From IMG/VR virus record IMGVR_UViG_3300006734_000027, positions 1-29,469 of that record: 29,469 bases of DNA, one strand, 5' to 3'. This document shows positions 14,769 through 22,822 of this stretch, in pieces (positions within the stretch are counted from its first letter, which is position 1; every line of letters begins with the position of its first letter). This stretch comes from a virus. Taxonomy: Duplodnaviria; Caudoviricetes. A program made the position numbers and the translations under genes. Under the pieces are notes generated by a model, which saw only the letters and a list, made by a program, of their open reading frames with translations, had not been told where the DNA came from and made no database searches.

Positions 14769-15222
14769 CTTTTAGTAATCCCTGGCGGTGTAGTGATTCA
14801 AGAAGCTTTGGCGTTGGTTGATACAAGACCACCAACTTGCCAAGAACTCCGCGTTTCTTGACAAGCTTTCCATTGTCATCTCGTACTTTATCAAATTCTC
14901 CAGACCGTATTAGATATTCGGCAACACAACGCAATCTCCTCTTAAGAGGCAATTCTGCCTGTGGGAACTTGCCGCAGATTGTATCTGGTTGCAGATCACG
15001 GAAAGCAAGACGCAATCGATTGGCAAGGGTCATACCTGAATTGGCGTCCTCCTCTTCGTAGTTCTTCAGGTTCTCTAGGTAGCGGCGCAAACAACCATCA
15101 TCAAATGAACCAATTGGTGGAAGAAACATTTCTACCTGGTTAACCAGTGATTCGGGCAATAGCTCCTCGTGGTTTTCAACCGTGATTGAAGGGATGTCCA
15201 CACCCTGGAAACGATGTGCCAT
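14755..15222 (-). CDS. Hypothetical protein, possible winged-helix DNA-binding C-terminus
   Basis: ATG at 15222 overlaps the upstream stop (TAATG); VAEYLIRSGEFDKVR...VVLYQPT. Confidence 0.7.
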   Translation of the reverse strand: MAHRFQGVDIPSITVENHEELLPESLVNQVEMFLPPIGSFDDGCLRRYLENLKNYEEEDANSGMTLANRLRLAFRDLQPDTICGKFPQAELPLKRRLRCVAEYLIRSGEFDKVRDDNGKLVKKRGVLGKLVVLYQPTPKLLESLHRQGLLKDGSS

Positions 15223-15632
15223 TATTCCAAGCACTCCGTCTTCTTCTGGTACAGGTCGTATCGATCCCTGAGATTACGCAGATCAATTTCTGGGTTCTTA
15301 GCAAAGGACTGGATCAGCCTGTTCCAAGGGATACGGATGACTGCTTTACGGTTAATGTCAGGAGACACATTGACGTAATGGATGCCTTCGATCCAGCCTT
15401 TATCAGGCGTCTTCCTACCAATTGCCATCCAGTTGCGGATAGTTTGGTCAGAGACGCCCAGGCGTCTGCCACATTCTTCTGTCGAGATGTACTCATCGGC
15501 AAAAGCTTCGGGATTAGTGGCGTCCGTTTCTCCATCTTTGTAACGACTGTGCCACATAGAGCCAAGGATGTTCTTGATTCCCTTTAGCTCATGCGCAATG
15601 TCTTCAAGACTTTTGCGTAAACCGTACTTCAT
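15222..15632 (-). CDS. HTH DNA-binding protein (excisionase-like)
   Basis: YISTEECGRRLGVSDQTIRNW.......GWIEGIHY. Confidence 0.8.
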   Translation of the reverse strand: MKYGLRKSLEDIAHELKGIKNILGSMWHSRYKDGETDATNPEAFADEYISTEECGRRLGVSDQTIRNWMAIGRKTPDKGWIEGIHYVNVSPDINRKAVIRIPWNRLIQSFAKNPEIDLRNLRDRYDLYQKKTECLE

Positions 15633-15684
15633 AACGTCACACCGTTTGTTTAGATGCTAATCTGTAAGCAAAACTTTTGCGAAC

Positions 15685-16002
15685 ATGGAAGAACAAATTC
15701 CACCGAGCCAGGTCCCTGTAGCTCAGCAACCGCCCCAGCAGATCTCCTTAGAAGGTCAAATCACACCCGCGCAGTTGGCTGAGTTGAAAGCACGTGCCAG
15801 GCAAGTAGCAATCCAACAAGCCGCTGCACAACAACAGCAAATTCCTCAGCCGCAACCACAAGTTGTTTATGTGCGACGTAATCTGACCGTTGCTGAGGTG
15901 TTGCTTGTACTACTGCTTTCCTGCGGAATTGTTGCAGGAGTTCAATGGTCTTGGAATATGGTAACAAATTTTTTGCCGCGTGTCGAGATTAGAATGCGCT
16001 AA
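15685..16002 (+). CDS. Q/P-rich membrane protein with one transmembrane segment
   Basis: VLLVLLLSCGIVAGVQW hydrophobic stretch. Confidence 0.75.
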   Translation: MEEQIPPSQVPVAQQPPQQISLEGQITPAQLAELKARARQVAIQQAAAQQQQIPQPQPQVVYVRRNLTVAEVLLVLLLSCGIVAGVQWSWNMVTNFLPRVEIRMR

Positions 16003-16046
16003 GGAAAGCTAGAATAACAACAAGATAGAAATAAAGGGTTAGGGTC

Positions 16047-16349
16047 ATCGCTAACAGACGTATTTCAGAATTCCCTGTTATTAACGGCACGGATATTGAT
16101 GAACAGGATCTACTGACGCTAGTCCATGTCTTTGAGGTGGACCCTACCCTGCGCAACAAAAAAATTACCTTTACGCAGTTCAGAGCATATTTAGATCAGT
16201 ATTATGCTGACGCAAAAATTGGGGTTGAAAAGACTATTGCAAATGCAAATGACACCGGAGTAAAAGGAGAGATTTGCTGGGATAGCAATTACATTTATGT
16301 ATGTGTTGCTACAGACACCTGGAAGCGCGTTGCCATTTCATCTTGGTAA
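16047..16349 (+). CDS. Short tail-fibre-related protein, apparently starting at ATC
   Basis: The frame is open upstream of the GTG at 16137: (I/M)ANRRISEFPVINGTDIDEQDLLTLVHVFEVDPTLRNKKITF...GEICWDSNYIYVCVATDTWKRVAISSW; in-frame stop at 16032-16034. Confidence 0.6.
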   Translation: MANRRISEFPVINGTDIDEQDLLTLVHVFEVDPTLRNKKITFTQFRAYLDQYYADAKIGVEKTIANANDTGVKGEICWDSNYIYVCVATDTWKRVAISSW

Positions 16350-16364
16350 AAAGGAATTAATGCG

Positions 16365-17891
16365 ATGACTTACGGAACACTTAAAATTGATACTATTACG
16401 TTTACTGATGACGGCATTGATAAAAGTGTCTCAGTCTCTGGCCTAGTACAAAACCCATCTTTTAGCGGTAATATTACGGCAACGGGAACAATATCAGGAA
16501 ATATCGTCCGAGGACAAACAATTTCTGGTGTCACTGTCACTGGTACTACTGCAGCATTTACTAGCGGAACTTTTATTTCGCTTACAGGTACAACGACTCA
16601 AGGTACGACAGCAACTTATACAACCGGTTCATTTACTTCGCTGACGGGAACAACAATTTCTGGAACAACCGCAATTTACACGACAGGAACGTTTACCTCT
16701 TTAACGGGAACTACTACTACGGGCACAACAGCTAATTTTGTTTCTGGTGTATTTAGTACACAAATTTCTGGAGCAACAATAACAGGAACAACCGCAGCGT
16801 TTACTACCGTAACCGGCGGAGTCGCAACAATAACTTCAGGTGTATTTGCACTTGGTACAAATTCTTTGCCAAGTATTTCTTTTAGTAGTGACCCCAACAC
16901 CGGCATCTATAGCCCCGGTGCAGACCAAGTAGCCATCTCGACTAGTGGCACCCGGCGCATCAATATCGACAGCTCCGGCCGCCTCCTAGTGGGGACGCCT
17001 AGTGCGCGTACGGATCTTATCGCTGGCACTCGTGGTGGACAAGTTCAAATTGAGGCAGCAAGTTCCGATGCAGCCACTGCTATTGACAAGTCAAGTCTGT
17101 GTTTAACGGCAGGTAACAGCACGAGCAGTGGAGGATCTGCATATATCTTTTTTACTCGCACAAGGTCTGATTCACTGGGTGGAGTTAATACTGTTTCTAA
17201 CAACGATGTTTTGGGGGGTTTGTATTTTCAAGGCACTGACGGCACGGACGCAGTTACCGCTGCGCTTATTAAAACCGAATTAGACGGCGACGCTAGCGCT
17301 AATGACATGCCAGGCCGCCTAGTGTTCAGCACTACCGCCGACGGGGCGTCATCGCCAACTGAAGCCATGCGTATCAACAACGCAGGCGAGCTGCTGGTTG
17401 GTTACACGTCTGACAACGGCGCATACAAGCTGCAAGTCAACAGCCAGATCTTTGCCACGAGTGCCACCATCGCCACTTCTGATGGGCGGTACAAGGAGAA
17501 CGTTGCCACGCTTGATGGCTGCGTGGATCTGGTCAAAGCACTTCGCCCCGTGTCATTTGATTGGAAGCACCAAGAGCCGATCACGCGAATTGATGAAGAG
17601 GGAGAAACGGTTGTTGTTCGGGAAGCCCACAACTTCCCTGATGGCACGCAAGTCGGCTTTATTGCTCAAGAGGTTGAGACAGTTTTCGCCGACAAGCCTT
17701 GGCTTAGCAGTATCATCAAGCAAAACGTCCGCCCCGCTGTCACTGATAATGATGGGAACGAACTAGCTCCTGAGGAAGAGTTCCTTGGTATTGCCGAGGG
17801 CAATCTTATGGCGGTGCTTACATCCGCCCTGAAAGATGCCATCGGTAGAATCGAAAGTCTAGAAATCGAAGTTGCGGCACTTAAAGCTTGA
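16365..17891 (+). CDS. Tail fibre protein with a C-terminal intramolecular chaperone (Peptidase S74)
   Basis: 15-aa T-rich repeats (TGTT..GTTA.YTTG.F.SL), DPNTGIYSPGADQVAIST, DMPGRLVFSTT.DG, TSDGRYKENV...LRPVSFDWK...GFIAQEV, terminal coiled coil. Confidence 0.9.
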   Translation: MTYGTLKIDTITFTDDGIDKSVSVSGLVQNPSFSGNITATGTISGNIVRGQTISGVTVTGTTAAFTSGTFISLTGTTTQGTTATYTTGSFTSLTGTTISGTTAIYTTGTFTSLTGTTTTGTTANFVSGVFSTQISGATITGTTAAFTTVTGGVATITSGVFALGTNSLPSISFSSDPNTGIYSPGADQVAISTSGTRRINIDSSGRLLVGTPSARTDLIAGTRGGQVQIEAASSDAATAIDKSSLCLTAGNSTSSGGSAYIFFTRTRSDSLGGVNTVSNNDVLGGLYFQGTDGTDAVTAALIKTELDGDASANDMPGRLVFSTTADGASSPTEAMRINNAGELLVGYTSDNGAYKLQVNSQIFATSATIATSDGRYKENVATLDGCVDLVKALRPVSFDWKHQEPITRIDEEGETVVVREAHNFPDGTQVGFIAQEVETVFADKPWLSSIIKQNVRPAVTDNDGNELAPEEEFLGIAEGNLMAVLTSALKDAIGRIESLEIEVAALKA

Positions 17892-17926
17892 TGCCTGCTC
17901 CTGTCCTGTCGATTAAAGAATAAACA

Positions 17927-18093
17927 ATGAGCATTATGCTTTAGGTGCAGATCAAGTAGCTTCAATAGAAGCTGATATAGAAGCTCGCTTGCAAGAGCTT
18001 TTACACCCCACGCACGAACTGGGTTTACCCTGGAAAGTTCCCGATCCACTTCCGCCGCTACCTTACAGCATTGGTTACGTAAATCCAAAGTAA
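17927..18093 (+). pseudogene. Internally deleted or frameshifted tail-fibre accessory gene
   Basis: ATG AGC ATT ATG CTT TAG stops at once; a shifted frame without a start reads ALGADQVASIEADIEARLQELLHPTHELGLPWKVPDPLPPLPYSIGYVNPK*. Confidence 0.6.
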
Positions 18094-18136
18094 TTTATTG
18101 ACTTGATCTAGAGTATTTATATTGCTCTAGGTCGAT

Positions 18137-19147
18137 ATGGAAATTAAACTCACAGACGCCGCAAGGTTTTTTAACGAAGAACCGCATCAGATTGATGCGT
18201 TGAATTGGCTCCAGGCTCAACTCAGTGATGAGATCCTGGAGATTTTTGCTGAGAAATATCGGAACAAACCAAAACTCATTTTAGAAGTTGGCAATACTTG
18301 GGATGGTGTTTTTGCGGCAGCCAAAACAGCAGGTAGCACATGGCCTGAATGTGTTGCTGCACAGTGGGCACTCGAGTCAGGCTGGGGTCAACACACCTCC
18401 GGTAAAAATAATTACTTTGGATTGAAAGGATCTGGCTCTACAGTCAGCACCCAAGAATTCATCAACGGTCAGTGGGTCACAATCAAAGCTGGGTTCCTTG
18501 ATTTTCCTGATCTACAAACATGTGTTTGTTACCTTGTTGATCGTTGGTACAAAGACTTTGGTCGTTTTAAAGGGGTCAATCGGGCTACCAGTAGGAATGA
18601 ATGCGCTCGTCTTTTAGTTAAGGAATCCTACGCCACGGATCCTGATTATGCAACAAAATTAATTCAAATCATGGATCGTCAGCTTCAAAACATTGGAGAA
18701 AAAGAAGATCCCAATCCACACAACAATAACTTCAATCCCTGGAGCCCCTTTACATACAAGGTGACACCTAACATCAGCTATGGAGAACTTTGTTTAAATC
18801 AAGAAAAGCGGCGGTTTACTAAGCAATACCAGTGCGACACAACAAAAGAGCTGTGTTTATTTTTGGAAAAAGTCCGCAAGCAGTTTGGTAACAAGCCAAT
18901 TATTATCACCAGTGCGTCTCGTCCGGAACCCATCAATTCGCAAGTCGGCGGCGCTAAGAACAGTGAGCATACTTACAGTGCGCCATCTAAGGGTGCGATT
19001 GATTTCTATATTCAAGGTGCAGACACCTATGCCGTGCAGGATTGGTGCGATAAAAACTGGCCTTATTCGCTAGGCTATGGTGCACCCAAAGGATTTATTC
19101 ATCTTGGAATCAGAGAAGGTAAACCACGCGTCCGTTGGGACTACTGA
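18137..19147 (+). CDS. Endolysin: GH73 glucosaminidase fused to an M15A-type peptidase
   Basis: AQWALESGWG, NNYFGLKG, YATDPDY; then ITSASR...NSQVGGAKNSEH...AIDF...FIHLGIR. Confidence 0.9.
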   Translation: MEIKLTDAARFFNEEPHQIDALNWLQAQLSDEILEIFAEKYRNKPKLILEVGNTWDGVFAAAKTAGSTWPECVAAQWALESGWGQHTSGKNNYFGLKGSGSTVSTQEFINGQWVTIKAGFLDFPDLQTCVCYLVDRWYKDFGRFKGVNRATSRNECARLLVKESYATDPDYATKLIQIMDRQLQNIGEKEDPNPHNNNFNPWSPFTYKVTPNISYGELCLNQEKRRFTKQYQCDTTKELCLFLEKVRKQFGNKPIIITSASRPEPINSQVGGAKNSEHTYSAPSKGAIDFYIQGADTYAVQDWCDKNWPYSLGYGAPKGFIHLGIREGKPRVRWDY

Positions 19148-19148
19148 G

Positions 19149-19310
19149 ATGAAGAAATATAGAGAGCCACAGATTCGTGTTAATATCTGCTGGCAAATTG
19201 GCGACGATAAAAAATGCGTGACCCTACCAAAAGAGCACGCATATGAAACAAGAGATTGGGTTGAAAGCCAGGGGGGTGTTTGCTTCTGGTTTCAAGCATT
19301 GCCTGATTAA
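19149..19310 (+). CDS. 53-aa hypothetical protein
   Basis: MKKYREPQIRVNICWQ...FWFQALPD*; ATG 1 nt after the endolysin stop. Confidence 0.6.
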   Translation: MKKYREPQIRVNICWQIGDDKKCVTLPKEHAYETRDWVESQGGVCFWFQALPD

Positions 19311-19472
19311 TCAGCGCTCCTTGGCACGACCCACGACCAATGCTAGCGTTTCAATAAGCTTGTACAGCTTACCAACCAGCTTGTCATCGTGGGGTGTGGG
19401 TGTAATTGAAACAATAATCGATGCTACGGCATGAATGGCAAGTGCCAGTTCTATGTACTTGTTAAAGTCCAT
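19311..19472 (-). CDS. 53-aa membrane protein, holin candidate
   Basis: MDFNKYIELALAIHAVASIIVSITPTPHDDKLVGKLYKLIETLALVVGRAKER*; TPTPxDD motif; minus-strand TAGAAT at 19493-19498; missed by the ORF track. Confidence 0.7.
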   Translation of the reverse strand: MDFNKYIELALAIHAVASIIVSITPTPHDDKLVGKLYKLIETLALVVGRAKER

Positions 19473-19504
19473 GGGTGTATCCCGTTTCTTTCATTCTAGA
19501 TTCA

Positions 19505-20254
19505 CTACTTGTCAAACTCGAAAACTTCAGTCGGTTTAAAGAAAGCTTCCCAATCTTTTTGTTCTCCTTCACTGATGTTGGACTTTTGTTTTTCTGTGGG
19601 AGTCTCCCAGAAGTAATCGTCCTGATCACCAAGCCTACCCCACTTCGGGCAGTGCTCGACATCGAAGTACCTGGTTGAGACCTTAAAGTCTGGCGTCAAT
19701 AGGGTTTCTGGCGTCAAGGACGGATCCGTCATCCGGCAGCGATTGTTGGGATACGCACCAATTTGGCCATTCTCTAAGGCAATGATGTTATGCGACTTGT
19801 GCTCATCTGGAAACTCAGAGAAGTAAAAGTCGGGTTCATTGCGATGCGGGTGATAGTTATCAATGGTGAATAAGTATGAACCCTTAAGACGTTTGCCGCT
19901 TCTTGTATGAACTTCCATCTCCATGTTGTAGATGAGATTTTTTTCGACTACTGTTAAACCGGCATCAAATCCGTTCCAGAACTGCAGATCTGGTAGTTCA
20001 AGATCAGGAGATGGCGTTTGAGGTGCATCGGGATGATCTGAATCCCACTCAAGAAACGCACTGATCGGCAACTTGTCATACAAAGCGCCGTAATGCGTAA
20101 GGTACGTTTCAAAATAGAGTGCACGCCCACTGAGAGATTTGCAAGTAACCCAGTAGCCTGGTGTGTACTCCCCATGTCCTTTTTGTAGATCGTACAAGTA
20201 TTCCTTGCGGACCCACACCTTGACTGGTGGGACGTTGGCTACCAGGGTGGTCAT
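19505..20254 (-). CDS. Conserved-looking hypothetical phage protein
   Basis: 249 aa; VWVRKEYLYDL..GHGE, YGALYDKLPISAF, YLFTID, EHKS.N...L.NGQ..AYPNNR. Confidence 0.85.
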   Translation of the reverse strand: MTTLVANVPPVKVWVRKEYLYDLQKGHGEYTPGYWVTCKSLSGRALYFETYLTHYGALYDKLPISAFLEWDSDHPDAPQTPSPDLELPDLQFWNGFDAGLTVVEKNLIYNMEMEVHTRSGKRLKGSYLFTIDNYHPHRNEPDFYFSEFPDEHKSHNIIALENGQIGAYPNNRCRMTDPSLTPETLLTPDFKVSTRYFDVEHCPKWGRLGDQDDYFWETPTEKQKSNISEGEQKDWEAFFKPTEVFEFDK

Positions 20255-20377
20255 TTACAGATCGTAGATGCGGCACTCAAGAGCGCCTGGGTTCTCTACA
20301 CAGTAACGTATCCACGCAGCAGACGGGGAATGTTTTTGGGTTTTCTTACGGAACAGAGCCAGGAGTTGTTTAATCAT
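20255..20377 (-). CDS. 40-aa mini-protein with a CP12 C-terminal motif
   Basis: MIKQLLALFRKKTQKHSPSAAWIRYCVENPGALECRIYDL*; YC.ENP.A.ECR.YD; coupled to both neighbours. Confidence 0.75.
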   Translation of the reverse strand: MIKQLLALFRKKTQKHSPSAAWIRYCVENPGALECRIYDL

Positions 20378-21291
20378 GGTCTGTTGGTCAGAGGAACAAA
20401 GATCTCAGGGAAGCGTTCGGTTTCTTGATGTTCTCTTGTCCATGCATTCTGCCACTCAGACAATGAGTGGTCATGGATTGTGTCGTAATACGCATCATCC
20501 CCAACTTCAAGAATAATCTTGAAGTCATCAAAACTACCAGCTGAAATACGTTCACCGATCAGCCATGTGGATCCATCCGAAACAGTTACGGTGACACCTG
20601 AGTTGATTGTGCAACTAGTCTCTGTAAAAGCATTGGCGCCAACCGGTATAAGGACATTGGTTGCAACGGGACTGATAATGCTTGGTGCATCGATTTCAGT
20701 CTCTTGTAAACAAACTGAACCATCAAGATCTTCTAGTTCGAAGAACGCTTCTGTAATAGGAAACTCAATGACAACGCCTACGTTGTACTCAAGTGTCTCA
20801 TTGCGAGTTGATGAGACGCAAATGAGATAGCTTCCTGCTACTAGTGGATAGTATCGATCATCTCCTCTGTCTAACCTGAGACGCTCAAAGGAGTTGTACA
20901 AGTCAGATTGTTTGCTCATCACCGTATCTAAATACGGGATGTACACTTCTCCATCGGATGTTGTGTAGATGGAGTCAGCATCAAAAACCGAGTTGCCCTG
21001 GATCGGAACCTTATTAAGATCGTATGCGGAGATCTGAATGTACTGAGGACGCGGCGGTCCCTTGGTCAAAATAATCCAGCCGGGAGAAGCAAGATTAATT
21101 TGGAACCAGTGATTAAATGTACCCCCGCCAATGCCACCGTTTGAATTAAGACTTGTATCTGCACGGCCAATTGGTTTCCATTGGGCACCAAGAGTTCCAT
21201 GCAGATACCGCAGAGCAGTTTGGTTGAACGTACCAATAACTAAGGGGTTATTCTGAGTTCTTTGTGGTTGACTTAGTGAACTCCTGGGCAT
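20374..21291 (-). CDS. Hypothetical protein (beta-rich, acidic)
   Basis: ORF of about 305 aa from MPRSSLSQ; could extend to 21324. Confidence 0.75.
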   Translation of the reverse strand: MPRSSLSQPQRTQNNPLVIGTFNQTALRYLHGTLGAQWKPIGRADTSLNSNGGIGGGTFNHWFQINLASPGWIILTKGPPRPQYIQISAYDLNKVPIQGNSVFDADSIYTTSDGEVYIPYLDTVMSKQSDLYNSFERLRLDRGDDRYYPLVAGSYLICVSSTRNETLEYNVGVVIEFPITEAFFELEDLDGSVCLQETEIDAPSIISPVATNVLIPVGANAFTETSCTINSGVTVTVSDGSTWLIGERISAGSFDDFKIILEVGDDAYYDTIHDHSLSEWQNAWTREHQETERFPEIFVPLTNRP

Positions 21292-21997
21292 ATGAACCGT
21301 AATACAACTCCTGCTCTTCATCATAATCGGGGGTATTTTTGTTCACTAATGGGTGTTGAATAGTGCTTTTGTACTGCCGCTCTAGGAGTGGTTCAGGTTT
21401 GTTCTTCAGGAAGTTTTGCGCTTGCTGCATTGCTTTCTGTGGATCAAACTCTGGTTCAAACGGATGGATGGCCTGAGGTGGAAACATCCTGTTGAAACTT
21501 GAGACTAAATGGAGAGGATTGAGGCAGTGCTTGTTTTTACATGTGCGTGTCACAAATAGCTTGCCCACATCACCCCAGGCACACTGGTAGATGATCTTGT
21601 GGATCGTGACATTACCGTTGTACTTCTCGTTAAACGCCATGGTGTAAGAGGGAAATCGCGTACGTTTGCCACCGAGCCATGGGACTTCCCAACACTCATC
21701 CCATTCACCAACAGGGATTTGATTCCAGATCTCCAGCATCCGTGACTTGTAGTTCTTGTTGAGATAGTTAACGTCAAACCCACAGTTATTGCTCTGGATC
21801 TTACGCACACACTCATAACACCAGTGGTCCTCTAGATGCCGGATACGATGACCATGCTGGCAGTAGAACCCACGATAGTAGCCGTGCGTCCTGAGTTCTT
21901 CATCTGGCATCTCATGGATCCCGTCAATAACGGGAATCAATGTTAGGGTTTTTGCCAGGTTCAGTAGCTTTGTCGCGTGTTTGATGGAATTTGCCAC
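21248..21997 (-). CDS. His-Me finger / HNH-like zinc-binding protein, degenerate
   Basis: CQHGH...CYEC zinc motif; DECWE...TIHKIIYQ..WG.....VTRTCKNKHCLNPLHL. Confidence 0.75.
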   Translation of the reverse strand: MANSIKHATKLLNLAKTLTLIPVIDGIHEMPDEELRTHGYYRGFYCQHGHRIRHLEDHWCYECVRKIQSNNCGFDVNYLNKNYKSRMLEIWNQIPVGEWDECWEVPWLGGKRTRFPSYTMAFNEKYNGNVTIHKIIYQCAWGDVGKLFVTRTCKNKHCLNPLHLVSSFNRMFPPQAIHPFEPEFDPQKAMQQAQNFLKNKPEPLLERQYKSTIQHPLVNKNTPDYDEEQELYYGSYAQEFTKSTTKNSE

Positions 21998-22000
21998 GGA

Positions 22001-22426
22001 TCAAGCCTCAGGATTGCGTTTGCGTTGGACGAAGTCGTAGATCATTTCTGGATCTCGGTACACAAGATCGCCTTCTTCGTTACGAATGCGTCGTCTGTAC
22101 TTGGGTGCAGGGCGCGTCCTGCGTCGATAAAGCTTTAGCTCCAGGCGGTTGTCACGTTCCCTGTTGCGCTTGTCGTGAAGCACATCGGCATCACCTGGAT
22201 CCTCACCAGTACGTAAGTAGTACACGACACGGTGCACTGGATAGCGAATCCCAAGTAGCGACACAACATAGAAACGTGAGCTGCCATAGCGCTTCCCCGC
22301 CACTTCACCAACATCGTGGTAGCGATCAGAAGTCTTCCACCTGAGGCCACAAGGATGGTCAGGAGTGAGTTCCAGGTTCTCCTCTAGCCATGAGAGGGGT
22401 GGCAACGGTTGGTAGTTACGCGGCAT
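22001..22426 (-). CDS. HNH-like protein
   Basis: MPRNYQPLPPL..L, GLRWK, GEVAG, YPVHRVVYYLRTGEDPG..DVLH.....DNR; ATG at 22426 preferred because the longer ORF runs through the inverted repeat. Confidence 0.75.
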   Translation of the reverse strand: MPRNYQPLPPLSWLEENLELTPDHPCGLRWKTSDRYHDVGEVAGKRYGSSRFYVVSLLGIRYPVHRVVYYLRTGEDPGDADVLHDKRNRERDNRLELKLYRRRTRPAPKYRRRIRNEEGDLVYRDPEMIYDFVQRKRNPEA

Positions 22427-22514
22427 AGAGCCAGAGATGACTGAACAAGGCAAGCATAGGCCAATAAGAACGTAATAGCAAGGTGTATGCAGGTAGTCCG
22501 TCAGATCTGACGCT

Positions 22515-22708
22515 GAAGTAGCTGCACATACCTTTTTATATTTCTTATATAAGTCAAAGCTCACTTTTGCAAAAGTGGCACAAAATTTCTCTTGTATCTC
22601 AGTTTTGTCTCACATGAGATTGAGAGCTCTTCTCAATAAGTGTGCCACTTTGGACAAAGTGAGCTTCGGCTTATACTAGGTATATAAGTCTGTATGTGCA
22701 GGTAGTTT
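22515..22708. repeat. Large imperfect inverted repeat with nested palindromes in a non-coding region
   Basis: Arms 22548-22582 / 22641-22675 and outer arms CTGCACATAC 22522-22531 / GTATGTGCAG 22692-22701, each 16 nt from the inner arms. Confidence 0.85.
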
Positions 22709-22774
22709 GAGCCTCTATAAGGACGTACATGCAGCTAGTGCGTCATTGTTCCTGCACATACCCTCTTATCGCCA

Positions 22775-22802
22775 ATAAAAAAGCCCCCACCGAAGTGGAG
22801 GC
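22775..22802 (-). terminator. Rho-independent terminator after the glycosyltransferase
   Basis: Minus strand GCCTCCAC-TTCG-GTGGGGGC-TTTTTT. Confidence 0.88.
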
Positions 22803-22822
22803 CTGGATTACCTGAGCAATCT

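Noticed and set aside
16500-16860. Tail-fibre repeats as diversity-generating retroelement TR/VR
   Set aside because: They are Thr-rich 15-aa protein repeats; no reverse transcriptase and no adenine-specific mismatch pair seen.
22427-22564. N-terminal extension of the 22001..22564 ORF
   Set aside because: It runs through the inverted-repeat locus; MPRNYQPLPP at 22426 is the more typical start.
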